Source: a virus
Taxonomy: Duplodnaviria; Caudoviricetes
Length of the DNA stretch: 64,000 nucleotides
IMG/VR virus record: IMGVR_UViG_3300027833_000011
Strand: one strand, 5' to 3'
In this document: positions 8,921-17,742 of the stretch, piece after piece
How the letters are laid out: each line of letters starts with the position of its first letter
Numbering within the stretch: position 1 is the first letter of the stretch
Made by a program: the position numbers and the translations under genes
Notes under the pieces: model-generated
What the model was told of the DNA's origin: nothing
What the model saw: only the letters and a program-made list of their open reading frames with translations
Database searches by the model: none

Positions 8921-8966
8921 TATCGCCCATAACTATAGACGGTCCTAAGAGTGGTCTTCAAACCAC
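8891..8966 (-). ncRNA. candidate RNA complementary to 23S rRNA H69-H71
   Basis: Plus strand CCATAACTATAGACGGTCCTAAG vs conserved 23S CCGTAACTATA-ACGGTCCTAAG, plus GTAGCGAA in the hairpin loop. Confidence 0.45.
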
Positions 8967-8975
8967 ACTGTTATT

Positions 8976-9218
8976 TTAACTACTTTTAGCCCCTTTACTA
9001 GATTGTAATATTTCACCAATAGGACCCTTTTCGTTATTTATTAATTCTATAATTTCTTCAGAGTTATAACGTTTACCTCTAAATAGTACTGTACCTTCGT
9101 TTTCAAAATTAAGGTACGCGTCTTTAGACGTTTTAAAATACGAACAGGCTTCGTAGTTTTCACGTTCCTCATTTATCGAAATCATTTCATCGTACCAATC
9201 TATTATCAAGTTTCTCAT
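8976..9218 (-). CDS. small protein with a UVR-like ExYExC motif
   Basis: EERENYEACSYFK. Confidence 0.6.
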   Translation of the reverse strand: MRNLIIDWYDEMISINEERENYEACSYFKTSKDAYLNFENEGTVLFRGKRYNSEEIIELINNEKGPIGEILQSSKGAKSS

Positions 9219-9271
9219 CTCTTAAATGATACCAAAGGTTAAAAATAAATAAAGTTAAATATTTATATAAT

Positions 9272-9919
9272 ATGAAGAACATTGAAGAAACCATCGATTT
9301 TTTAAACGGAAAGGAAATTAACATTAAACATCCGTACGCGGATTTTACATTTATATTTAATAAACCCGTAATGTGTGGTGGTACGTTATACCTATCTGTT
9401 TGGGATTTAAAAGGTAAAGTAAGTTTTGACGGTGATAAATGGTTTGACGTTGATACTCTAAAACCAAACGAAGAGTTTTACGTTGAATATTTTTATGAGA
9501 CTATCGTAAATGATTTTGGGTGGGTATATCAAGACATATATGCAACTTTAGACGTGATTATGTCAGGAAGTATACTTAGAAAGTTTAAAATAATATCAAT
9601 ATCTAATAAACCTAAACCCACAGTTTTGGAGTTAGATTGTGATATGGTAGACAAGATGGATAGAAAATTACTATTTATAATAGATGAGGCTCGAAGAAAA
9701 TTGTCTGAGAAGTACGAGATAAAAGGTTTATCAATAAGCGGGGAGCATATTATAATAGTAGACCTAATAGATAATACATTACCAAGTATTGATTTACTTG
9801 AAGAGGAAATTCCTGTTGAATATAGTGAAAAATTATTTGACATTGAAAAAGGAATTAACTACATTCTTAATAACATGGGTATTGACCGATTTTGTGTTGG
9901 AAAAATACATAAACAGTAA
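9272..9919 (+). CDS. hypothetical protein
   Basis: 215-aa ORF with TATTTATA at 9260. Confidence 0.7.
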   Translation: MKNIEETIDFLNGKEINIKHPYADFTFIFNKPVMCGGTLYLSVWDLKGKVSFDGDKWFDVDTLKPNEEFYVEYFYETIVNDFGWVYQDIYATLDVIMSGSILRKFKIISISNKPKPTVLELDCDMVDKMDRKLLFIIDEARRKLSEKYEIKGLSISGEHIIIVDLIDNTLPSIDLLEEEIPVEYSEKLFDIEKGINYILNNMGIDRFCVGKIHKQ

Positions 9920-9936
9920 AACAAAATTATATTATT

Positions 9937-10227
9937 ATGACAACAGTTTTAATTATTTTAGCGGTAGTAATTGTGGGGTTCGTGATTTACAAAAAGACAA
10001 AATCGTCAGGAACAACAACTAATACAACAACCAGTAATGTAACTACTAGTACAACACAAGGTGGTGGTGGAAGTAGTTCATCAAATGGTTCAGGAAGTGG
10101 TTCAGGAAGTGGTTCAGGGACAACAACAACAACAACACGAGGTGGTGGTGGAAGTAGTTCATCAAACAACAAAGGTGGCGGCGGAGCCGTACGAGGTTCA
10201 GGTGCCGGTGGAGGTTCTTCCAACTAA
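9937..10227 (+). CDS. membrane-anchored Gly/Ser/Thr-rich protein
   Basis: N-terminal TM helix; 35-bp duplication (10051-10085, 10132-10166) and GGTTCAGGAAGT tandem repeats; followed by a terminator. Confidence 0.75.
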   Translation: MTTVLIILAVVIVGFVIYKKTKSSGTTTNTTTSNVTTSTTQGGGGSSSSNGSGSGSGSGSGTTTTTTRGGGGSSSSNNKGGGGAVRGSGAGGGSSN

Positions 10228-10246
10228 AGGACTAAGAAAACATTAT

Positions 10247-10272
10247 AAAACCCACTTATGTGGGTTTTTTTT
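10247..10272. terminator. bidirectional intrinsic terminator
   Basis: AAAACCCAC-TTAT-GTGGGTTTTTTTT between convergent genes. Confidence 0.85.
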
Positions 10273-10279
10273 GTGCCAA

Positions 10280-10600
10280 TTAAATATTAGGGAAGTTTGC
10301 CAAATACAATTCACAATCGTCAGTGACTTTTAAAACGTTATGACAAGACTCATACCATTCTAATTCTTCTAATTTAGGTATTATCCATTTACATAAGTCA
10401 TACACTAAATCTAAATCTGAAACATAATCAGGGGTAATGGAATTAGTCCATAAAGACATTAATTCTTCTGAACTTAACGACGATAAAAATCTACTGATAT
10501 AGATATAATCAATATTACGAATACCATCCTCTAATTTGGCTAAATCGTAACATAATAAAAGATTCTCTTGAATAACGGATATATTTCTAATTTCGCTCAT
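10280..10600 (-). CDS. small protein with a UVR-like ExYExC motif
   Basis: LEELEWYESCHNVLK. Confidence 0.6.
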   Translation of the reverse strand: MSEIRNISVIQENLLLCYDLAKLEDGIRNIDYIYISRFLSSLSSEELMSLWTNSITPDYVSDLDLVYDLCKWIIPKLEELEWYESCHNVLKVTDDCELYLANFPNI

Positions 10601-10634
10601 ATAGTAAAGATTATTATAATAAATAATCCAAACT

Positions 10635-11210
10635 CTATAAAATTATTAAATTATCTGTGGTTTTATTGATATAAGTTTTAAGGCGTAATTCTTCAGCAAT
10701 AACTGTTTCCAATTTAAGATACTCATCCCCATACATAAAACCTGTCACTAAATATAAGGGAGTTTTTAACGTCTCAATTTTAGTGACTAATAATGTAAGT
10801 AAATCTTGGTTGAATGGTTCTTTAGTTTTTAGGGTAGATTTAACTAATATCCCTTTTTCGTCCATAATTGAATGTATACTATCGAACTCTACTAAAGAAT
10901 AATAATCATCTATAAATGTTTTTATTGTTGTTGTGGTTAATATATTAACACTATCGTTACAAATTCCTTTAACCTTAACTCTACAATTATTAGGATATGC
11001 TCCGTATACGTGACATATATCGTCTAATTCATACCAAGAATTAACCCCCAAATCAATATTATTTAAATGATGTTCATCATTGAATATATCTTCTAAAGGT
11101 ATATTATTATTTTTCATATAGTTTTTTATACTACGCATTTCATTACCGTCTAACTCGCAGGCAACGACTTCACACCCTAAACCTATTATTTCAACAGTAT
11201 ATTTATACAT
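10635..11210 (-). CDS. hypothetical protein, paralog of 1551-2129
   Basis: Shared motifs as noted for 1551-2129. Confidence 0.7.
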   Translation of the reverse strand: MYKYTVEIIGLGCEVVACELDGNEMRSIKNYMKNNNIPLEDIFNDEHHLNNIDLGVNSWYELDDICHVYGAYPNNCRVKVKGICNDSVNILTTTTIKTFIDDYYSLVEFDSIHSIMDEKGILVKSTLKTKEPFNQDLLTLLVTKIETLKTPLYLVTGFMYGDEYLKLETVIAEELRLKTYINKTTDNLIIL

Positions 11211-11646
11211 CCACCTTTATAATGTTAATACCGTTAGATAGAATAAATTCCTCCAACTCTAAGTTTAAGTGATACTCTTTTGAGTAATCTTCATTATAGT
11301 ATATGTTCTTAATACCTGAACCAATGATTAGTTTAGTGCATTGCGCACAAGGTCTCATTGTTGTGTAGATATCTGCACCGTCAATAGAAATACCTTTACG
11401 AGCCGCCCATATAATTGCGTTTTGCTCTGCGTGTATTTCATATTTTTTACTCCACTCGTAGTGTTCAGGTGTGATTTGATGGTCCCAAACATCACAACAG
11501 TTCGGATACCCCTTAGGGGTTCCATTATAACCCGTAGAAAGTATCCTATCGTCTTTAACGATGATAGAACCTACGTGAGCACCAAGACAATTACTGCGTT
11601 CTGCAATAATTTGCGCTATTTTCATATAAGACACTATTGAATTCAT
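11203..11646 (-). CDS. dCMP deaminase (ComEB-like)
   Basis: STGYNGTP, HAEQNA, PCAQC. Confidence 0.92.
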   Translation of the reverse strand: MNSIVSYMKIAQIIAERSNCLGAHVGSIIVKDDRILSTGYNGTPKGYPNCCDVWDHQITPEHYEWSKKYEIHAEQNAIIWAARKGISIDGADIYTTMRPCAQCTKLIIGSGIKNIYYNEDYSKEYHLNLELEEFILSNGINIIKVDV

Positions 11647-11690
11647 ACTTCTTTTAGTGTAATATTAGTTTATTAAACTTAATTAATCAA

Positions 11691-12305
11691 ATGGCAGAAA
11701 ATAAATACGGATGGGACAAAAGTCAATACACCTACGAGGGTGATAATTTAATAAACGAAAAAGGTGAATCTGTAATGATGGGATGGGAAAGACCTATTAT
11801 GAAAAAAGTTTGTGACATTATCACACATAATCGTGGTGACGTATTAAACATTGGTTTCGGTATGGGTATTATCGATACTATGATACAGAAAAGAAAAGTT
11901 AAGTCACATACTATTATTGAATCACACCCTGACGTACAAGAAAAGATTAAATCAGACGGATGGTTAGAAAAAGATAAAACTAACATTATCTTTGGTAAGT
12001 GGCAAACCGAGATTAAAGACTTACCAAGATTTGACGGAATATATCTCGATACATGGTATGATGAAAGAGTCATGAATATCAAACCACTATTGGAAAACTG
12101 CTTGAAAGATAATGGAGTCTTTAGTATGTGGTACAATCATAATGAATTTGAGAGGGTTAAAAACGTATTAGGTGACTCATACAATTATGAATACCGATAC
12201 ATTGAAAATGAAAATTTAATACCCGAGGACCAATATAAGGAAGGTGGTTACTATATTAACCCTAAACGAAAACGCATAGTAATACCAATAGTCACTAAAA
12301 AATAA
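11691..12305 (+). CDS. Rmt2/GAMT-like SAM-dependent methyltransferase
   Basis: VMMGWERPIM, VLNIGFGMGII, HTIIESHP, WQ, FDGIYLDTW. Confidence 0.8.
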   Translation: MAENKYGWDKSQYTYEGDNLINEKGESVMMGWERPIMKKVCDIITHNRGDVLNIGFGMGIIDTMIQKRKVKSHTIIESHPDVQEKIKSDGWLEKDKTNIIFGKWQTEIKDLPRFDGIYLDTWYDERVMNIKPLLENCLKDNGVFSMWYNHNEFERVKNVLGDSYNYEYRYIENENLIPEDQYKEGGYYINPKRKRIVIPIVTKK

Positions 12306-12324
12306 AATAAGTAAAAATCAAGAA

Positions 12325-12450
12325 ATGGTTAAAAAGGATGAATGGAAATTCTTATATTGGGATGAACCTATAGAAGATAAAGAAAATAAGGTCGAAGACG
12401 AAGACAAACCAAAGTCTAAACCAAAAACCAACATTAATCACAATAAATAA
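12325..12450 (+). CDS. 41-aa hypothetical miniprotein
   Basis: MVKKDEWKFLYWDEP..., translated by hand; ends at a terminator. Confidence 0.5.
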   Translation: MVKKDEWKFLYWDEPIEDKENKVEDEDKPKSKPKTNINHNK

Positions 12451-12477
12451 AAAAACCCTCTGATGAGGGTTTTTTTT
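12451..12477. terminator. bidirectional intrinsic terminator
   Basis: AAAAACCCTC-TGAT-GAGGGTTTTTTTT. Confidence 0.85.
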
Positions 12478-12478
12478 A

Positions 12479-13099
12479 TTAAATAAGTCCTTGGTCTTGT
12501 TGTTCGTAGAACGTACCTTTCTTCGATTCTATATTTTCAATAGTCACGGGTTTGTAATCCCATAGATTGATTGCTATTGCGTATCTAGTACCTCTCGTAA
12601 CTTGTTGTACCCTATGTAATTGACCTGCGTCAAATATGATGAGTCTATTTGGTTTTGGGTGTATTTGTTCATATCCAGCGTCATAATCTAATTCGTAGGT
12701 GTCCCAAACTTGTAACGCACCACCATCAATGTCGTGTTCTATTGGGTAATAAACGGTACCAATTACCGGTCTTTTAACTTCTCCTGTAAAATGCCACAGG
12801 TCTTCGTCTTTATCGAAGTGTTGTTTTAAATGGTCTTCTTTTGTTTGGTCAGAAGCGGATTGAATACCAGTCCAATGTTCAAAACCTTCAACTCGTAAAT
12901 CTTCATTTAACGGACAATTAGTCCCCCATATATATTCAATCAATTCTTCCCTTAATGTTTCAGGCTTTCTATTCCACCAACCTTCATACCAAGAGTAGTT
13001 TCCGTGACTACCCCAAAATTCTGAGTTCTCCTGAGTTAAGGACTCTCTTATTCTTTTTAGTAGATTTTCATCTTGAACAAAATTATCAATTACTATCAT
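12479..13099 (-). CDS. 2OG-Fe(II) oxygenase
   Basis: HFD, GGAL, PKPNRLIIFD, LHRV, RYAIAINLW. Confidence 0.88.
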   Translation of the reverse strand: MIVIDNFVQDENLLKRIRESLTQENSEFWGSHGNYSWYEGWWNRKPETLREELIEYIWGTNCPLNEDLRVEGFEHWTGIQSASDQTKEDHLKQHFDKDEDLWHFTGEVKRPVIGTVYYPIEHDIDGGALQVWDTYELDYDAGYEQIHPKPNRLIIFDAGQLHRVQQVTRGTRYAIAINLWDYKPVTIENIESKKGTFYEQQDQGLI

Positions 13100-13250
13100 T
13101 TTTATCTATTAAGTGTATATTTTTATTTCTTTGTTGTTTTCTTTCGTATGAAAGTGTTTTCCGACGAACGTACTCACCTAACTCCATATCATTAGGATAT
13201 TTCCTAACCGTCTCTAAAATTAGATTCCAATCATCAGACTTCAAGTTCAT
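13086..13250 (-). CDS. 54-aa hypothetical miniprotein
   Basis: MNLKSDDWNLILETVRKYPNDMELGEYVRR..., translated by hand. Confidence 0.6.
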   Translation of the reverse strand: MNLKSDDWNLILETVRKYPNDMELGEYVRRKTLSYERKQQRNKNIHLIDKNDSN

Positions 13251-13349
13251 ACCTAAAAATATGGTATTTATTTATAATCGTCAATAGATTATTAACGGAT
13301 AAATAGATATATTTATATTTATAGTCAATAACACACTAATAACAAAAGT

Positions 13350-14276
13350 ATGTCTAAGTACGATGAAATCCCATTTAAAAAAAATATAAAACAATTAGTC
13401 GATGTGGCTTTAATGGTGACTAAACTTAACAAACATAAGTTTGAAACTGATAAACCCACATTACAGTGGTACACCAGGGTTTTAGAAAAAACAATGGTTA
13501 ATAAAATAATTAAGACCTCTAAATTTAATTTAGACGTACCTATCACCTTTGAAAGAGATTGTGTTGGGTTTATTGCGTATCTAATGGACATTAAAGGTAT
13601 GTTGTTTGAGGAGGCGTATTTAAGAGTAATTAAGAAAGAAAACATTATTTATTACATCGATTTCATGGGTCACGAATCATTACAAAGAAATGACTGTGGA
13701 GCATGTGAAGGAGAAGGAACTAGAACTTGTGTTATCTGTGATGGTTATGCTGAGGTAGACTGTCAAGAATGTGATAATGGTTCGGTCGAATGTGAATACT
13801 GTGATGGAGATGATGATGACTGTAAACATTGTAACGGTACTGGTTTAACTACCTGTGAAGATTGTGATGGTGATTATTCAATAAGTTGTCCTGAATGTGC
13901 GGGATACGGTAACGTTGATTGTGAAGAGTGTAGTACAGACACGTCATTTGAAAATTATGAATTAGAATTTGAAGTCGATTCTTATGTTGTAATTGATGAC
14001 AGAGTTAAGGAGTTTGTGACGGAATTAGAAGAGGGTCAGGAAACATTAAGTCATTTTGAAAAAATATGTAATAATTACGACCCACCAATCGAATATAGTT
14101 TTTTCCGTAGTCACACTGCTTATCTTAGGAGTGAATATGAATCAACCGATTGGAAATTTGAAGTGGAACATCAAGGACTTAGGTTTGAAAAAAAGGACCA
14201 TAAAATATTAATTAATAGTGGTTTTGAATCTACTGATAGTTCGGTAATTGATGATATTCTTGATGAGATGTTCTAA
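13350..14276 (+). CDS. protein with a DnaJ-type CxxCxGxG zinc-finger repeat array (no J domain)
   Basis: Eight CxxC motifs, including CGACEGEG, CKHCNGTG and CPECAGYG; no HPD motif. Confidence 0.75.
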   Translation: MSKYDEIPFKKNIKQLVDVALMVTKLNKHKFETDKPTLQWYTRVLEKTMVNKIIKTSKFNLDVPITFERDCVGFIAYLMDIKGMLFEEAYLRVIKKENIIYYIDFMGHESLQRNDCGACEGEGTRTCVICDGYAEVDCQECDNGSVECEYCDGDDDDCKHCNGTGLTTCEDCDGDYSISCPECAGYGNVDCEECSTDTSFENYELEFEVDSYVVIDDRVKEFVTELEEGQETLSHFEKICNNYDPPIEYSFFRSHTAYLRSEYESTDWKFEVEHQGLRFEKKDHKILINSGFESTDSSVIDDILDEMF

Positions 14277-14282
14277 TAACAT

Positions 14283-14313
14283 TTTGTAATTCAAACTTAA
14301 TTTACTATCTTTG
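14283..14313 (+). promoter_or_regulatory. Bacteroidota housekeeping-sigma promoter
   Basis: TTTG-N19-TATCTTTG, 24 nt upstream of the ATG at 14338. Confidence 0.8.
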
Positions 14314-14337
14314 TTATCTAATCTAAAAAGATAACCG

Positions 14338-15735
14338 ATGAAAAAATTAATCCTACTTGTTTTTGTACTTACTGTAATGTCTTGTGAAAAAGACGAAATT
14401 TATATTGAAGTACCACCAGTTGATGTTGTAATTTCTAATGACATATCTGATTCAGTTGACTTATACGGAGATTCTTCATTAGGATTAAACATATACCTTA
14501 ATTCAAAAGATAGTGATGGTCGTTCTTGTATTAGTTGTCATCTATCACCAACAGGTATCGATATTGTACAATTTGGTAAAATAGACATTAGACAACAAGA
14601 TTCTATCGTGGTTAAAAGAGCTACAGGTCATATCACATTAGAAGAGTCATATCATATTGCTGCGTATTTAAAAACATTAAATGCACAACCAAACAACAAT
14701 GGGTCGATATCCACTATGATTGGAATAGACAACTCTAACGGTGTTGAACCTTCTCAGGTTTGGGATGGGTCAACCTCTTTAACAGTAAACGAAATTAACA
14801 ATTGGGATTTCCGTAATGGAATATCATATGATTTTGAATTTCCTCGTTGGTTTAAGGGAGATGAAACTAACACAATGTATGACGATAATTTAGATTGGTT
14901 ACCCGAAACCGACCTATTAACCGAAAAGGGTATTCAATACGACGATGAATATATCGACTATATCGATAATCCAACCAAAGGGAATCTAAAAAAACTACTA
15001 ATCCATTCACACCATAAGTTAAGTGAAGGTGAACGTAACCCGGGGGAACACGGATTTAATGACTTCAACAAGTCTTTTGACTACCAACGTTGGATGGCAA
15101 CTCTATACATGCAACACGTAATAAAACCAAATAGTGACTTAGTATTTGGGGAGGAAATCGATGGGTATGACTTAGGTGATTTTTCCCTATCCGATGGAAT
15201 ATGGGATGTTGGTAATATTGCACGTAGAAGTCAAGATAATGGGTCTAATGTCGGAAATGGTAATGAAGTCGATAATCGTCTTCTAAACGAGGTTCAATGG
15301 TTGTACTTGGGTTGGTTAACTAATTATGGTAAACGTAACTCTAACGAGTCACAGTACATCGGCACGGCCCTTAAAGACTTCGGAGAAGAAGACTTGGCAT
15401 CATTAGTTATACTTAAGAGTATTATCAATCGTTCACCTAACAGTCAACGTATGTATGATGATGTGTTTACAATGGGATATATCACTAGTGATGATATGTT
15501 TTACGAATCGGTTATGTTTGGATTAAACTTTCTTATTGATGGAGCAACTAACAACAATGATTTTACATTGTTAACTAATGAAGGGATTCAAGTAACATTA
15601 GGGTACTTAAAAAATGACGATGGTAACCCAAGCCTCAAAATGTTTGTAGAAAATAAAGGTTTCTTATCTCAAACAGAAAAGAACACACTAATCAATAAGA
15701 TTAATACCCTTTACGACTTAGTAGACGACATGTAA
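14338..15735 (+). CDS. lipoprotein with a c-type heme-binding CxxCH motif
   Basis: Lipobox-like VMSC-EKDE; SCISCH; class-I cytochrome c-like ending HIAAYLKTL. Confidence 0.65.
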   Translation: MKKLILLVFVLTVMSCEKDEIYIEVPPVDVVISNDISDSVDLYGDSSLGLNIYLNSKDSDGRSCISCHLSPTGIDIVQFGKIDIRQQDSIVVKRATGHITLEESYHIAAYLKTLNAQPNNNGSISTMIGIDNSNGVEPSQVWDGSTSLTVNEINNWDFRNGISYDFEFPRWFKGDETNTMYDDNLDWLPETDLLTEKGIQYDDEYIDYIDNPTKGNLKKLLIHSHHKLSEGERNPGEHGFNDFNKSFDYQRWMATLYMQHVIKPNSDLVFGEEIDGYDLGDFSLSDGIWDVGNIARRSQDNGSNVGNGNEVDNRLLNEVQWLYLGWLTNYGKRNSNESQYIGTALKDFGEEDLASLVILKSIINRSPNSQRMYDDVFTMGYITSDDMFYESVMFGLNFLIDGATNNNDFTLLTNEGIQVTLGYLKNDDGNPSLKMFVENKGFLSQTEKNTLINKINTLYDLVDDM

Positions 15736-16850
15736 GAGATTCTTTTTAGTAAAGTACTTACTGACTCATCGTTATTAATATCAATCTCGTTAAACGGATG
15801 TGTGAAGTATAAAGTATTTGGTTTTAAATCATCATCTTTATCATTAGCATAAACACGATTAGTCGTATTATCAAAATGATTATAACCTATTAGTTGAGTA
15901 AATGAAAAGGTGTCGTCCATAACGTATAATGTATAATATAACTTATAAACTAATTCATCATCCCAAAACCAACGTTGTGATGATTGAAATTTTTTAATAA
16001 TCTCATGAATACCGTGTTTTTTAAAAATCTCAGTTGGGTACGAAAATATCTCATTAACTGGCCACGGATGACATAAGAACTTATTGTATGCGTTTTCGAC
16101 AATATTTTTTTTATCATCTTCACTCGTAAACGGGATTGATAGATAATCAATTACTGAGTTTAAAATGAATAGTATATCATCAGACTTGTCTGTGGTTATA
16201 ATATTATCAAACGCAGTTTCACCATCATAATGTTCTGACCCCCATATATATTTATTTATTCTGGTTTTTTCAGGTTCTTCTGAAATTATTGAAATGATAT
16301 CGGAAAGTCTATTAATGTGATGACCGAACCCTGTGTTTAAAGACGCACACATAAAAGGAAGACGAACACCAATCTTACGGTATGACTTAATTAAATCTTC
16401 AATACCTTCAAAATAAGAATATCTATTTCCACTAATATCAAAAGAGTATATGTCAGTGTCTAATGTGATTAAGTAATCGTATTTGTCGATTAGAGACGAA
16501 TCAGGTTTAAGGGCTTTGAAATGATATGAAGACGTGTGAATTTTAAAACCTAATTCTTCAAACAATGGCATATACTCCATAAAGTCATAGTCTTCAGGAA
16601 CACATATATACCTATCAAAATCTTTTAAATCGGTTTTACGTAAGAAAGACACTACGGAGTAGTAACACAAATAGATATATTCAGGTTTTAACCCAAACAG
16701 ATACCATATCACCGCAACATCACCACCACGATTTGGAAATTCATATGTTTTATCGTATACCGTCGGCTCTAAAGTTAGTAAGGACCTAACCTTATTGAAC
16801 GAATTACTGTCCACACTATCTCTTAATTGAGTCAATAGGATATCTAACAT
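15711..16850 (-). CDS. putative GT-A-like glycosyltransferase
   Basis: LITLDTDIY (DxD after a hydrophobic strand); WDDE. Confidence 0.45.
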   Translation of the reverse strand: MLDILLTQLRDSVDSNSFNKVRSLLTLEPTVYDKTYEFPNRGGDVAVIWYLFGLKPEYIYLCYYSVVSFLRKTDLKDFDRYICVPEDYDFMEYMPLFEELGFKIHTSSYHFKALKPDSSLIDKYDYLITLDTDIYSFDISGNRYSYFEGIEDLIKSYRKIGVRLPFMCASLNTGFGHHINRLSDIISIISEEPEKTRINKYIWGSEHYDGETAFDNIITTDKSDDILFILNSVIDYLSIPFTSEDDKKNIVENAYNKFLCHPWPVNEIFSYPTEIFKKHGIHEIIKKFQSSQRWFWDDELVYKLYYTLYVMDDTFSFTQLIGYNHFDNTTNRVYANDKDDDLKPNTLYFTHPFNEIDINNDESVSTLLKRISYMSSTKS

Positions 16851-16852
16851 AA

Positions 16853-17482
16853 CTATTCATGAAATAATAAATCCCCAGCAACACAATACCTCCAACCAAA
16901 CTCTTTAGGTACCAACTTAGGTTTATGGAATACATCCCCATCGAAGAAACATAATTTACCTTTGGTTACCGGCATTGAATATATGTCTTCTTTGTGTGCG
17001 AATAACAAATCTGAATGTGGTGAGCCACACTCTAAAGTGTTTAAATAAAAAGAAAAAGAGTATGTTGAATCAACCTGATTATCATCACCATCGATTCTTG
17101 GGTCTGTAATGTTTTTACGATGTGTGTGCCAATATGGAGTATGTTCGTCCTGAGCAGCAATAATCCATAAAGTGGAATTTAGTAAGTCTAAATTTTTACC
17201 CTCTAAACTTCTAAGTGAACGAGCGAATGTTAATGCGAACCAATAAGGGTCATTTGCGAAATAAGGTAAGTCATCAACATCCAATGGGAAATGAACACCA
17301 GGCCCTTGGTCTTCTATAACTCCATCGTCATTTTTGTTAGACCCTAAATATTCATCGGACCATAAGTCTTTAATCAACTTATCGTCATCTAAATCTTTTA
17401 TTTTTTGAAACTCAGTAGTATAGACATAGTAATCACCTACTTTTATTCTTTCTATCTTTGGGGTTCTCATTATTTGACTCAC
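16853..17482 (-). CDS. putative 2OG-Fe(II) oxygenase
   Basis: WHTH, FSFYL, FFDGDVFHKP, RYCVAGD. Confidence 0.75.
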   Translation of the reverse strand: MSQIMRTPKIERIKVGDYYVYTTEFQKIKDLDDDKLIKDLWSDEYLGSNKNDDGVIEDQGPGVHFPLDVDDLPYFANDPYWFALTFARSLRSLEGKNLDLLNSTLWIIAAQDEHTPYWHTHRKNITDPRIDGDDNQVDSTYSFSFYLNTLECGSPHSDLLFAHKEDIYSMPVTKGKLCFFDGDVFHKPKLVPKEFGWRYCVAGDLLFHE

Positions 17483-17741
17483 TATCTTTAAGGTATTGTT
17501 TAACGACCGACCTAATCGTTGTTATATTATCGGTCACAGAAGATTTATTTCCTTTAGTAAAAGTAGGGTGTGTATATAATTTGTGAAGTATTTCAAAGAT
17601 AATTTCTCTACGTGTTGTATTACTAACAAAGTCCTTTCTATATTTAGAAGGATTCTTTCTCATTACAATATATTCTATCCATGCGTATTTAATAAACACG
17701 ACAAAAACAACTATACCATATAATACTATGTAGTTATCCAT
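17433..17741 (-). CDS. membrane-anchored hypothetical protein
   Basis: N-terminal TM helix. Confidence 0.6.
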   Translation of the reverse strand: MDNYIVLYGIVVFVVFIKYAWIEYIVMRKNPSKYRKDFVSNTTRREIIFEILHKLYTHPTFTKGNKSSVTDNITTIRSVVKQYLKDSESNNENPKDRKNKSR

Positions 17742-17742
17742 T

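Noticed and set aside
8927-8949. Vector-derived I-CeuI site or an rRNA gene fragment from misassembly
   Set aside because: The match carries an insertion and a substitution, its two blocks are in permuted order, and it is embedded in native terminator structure with no flanking rRNA or vector sequence.
13350-14276. dnaJ call
   Set aside because: There is no J domain or HPD motif and no G/F region; only the zinc-finger repeats are similar.
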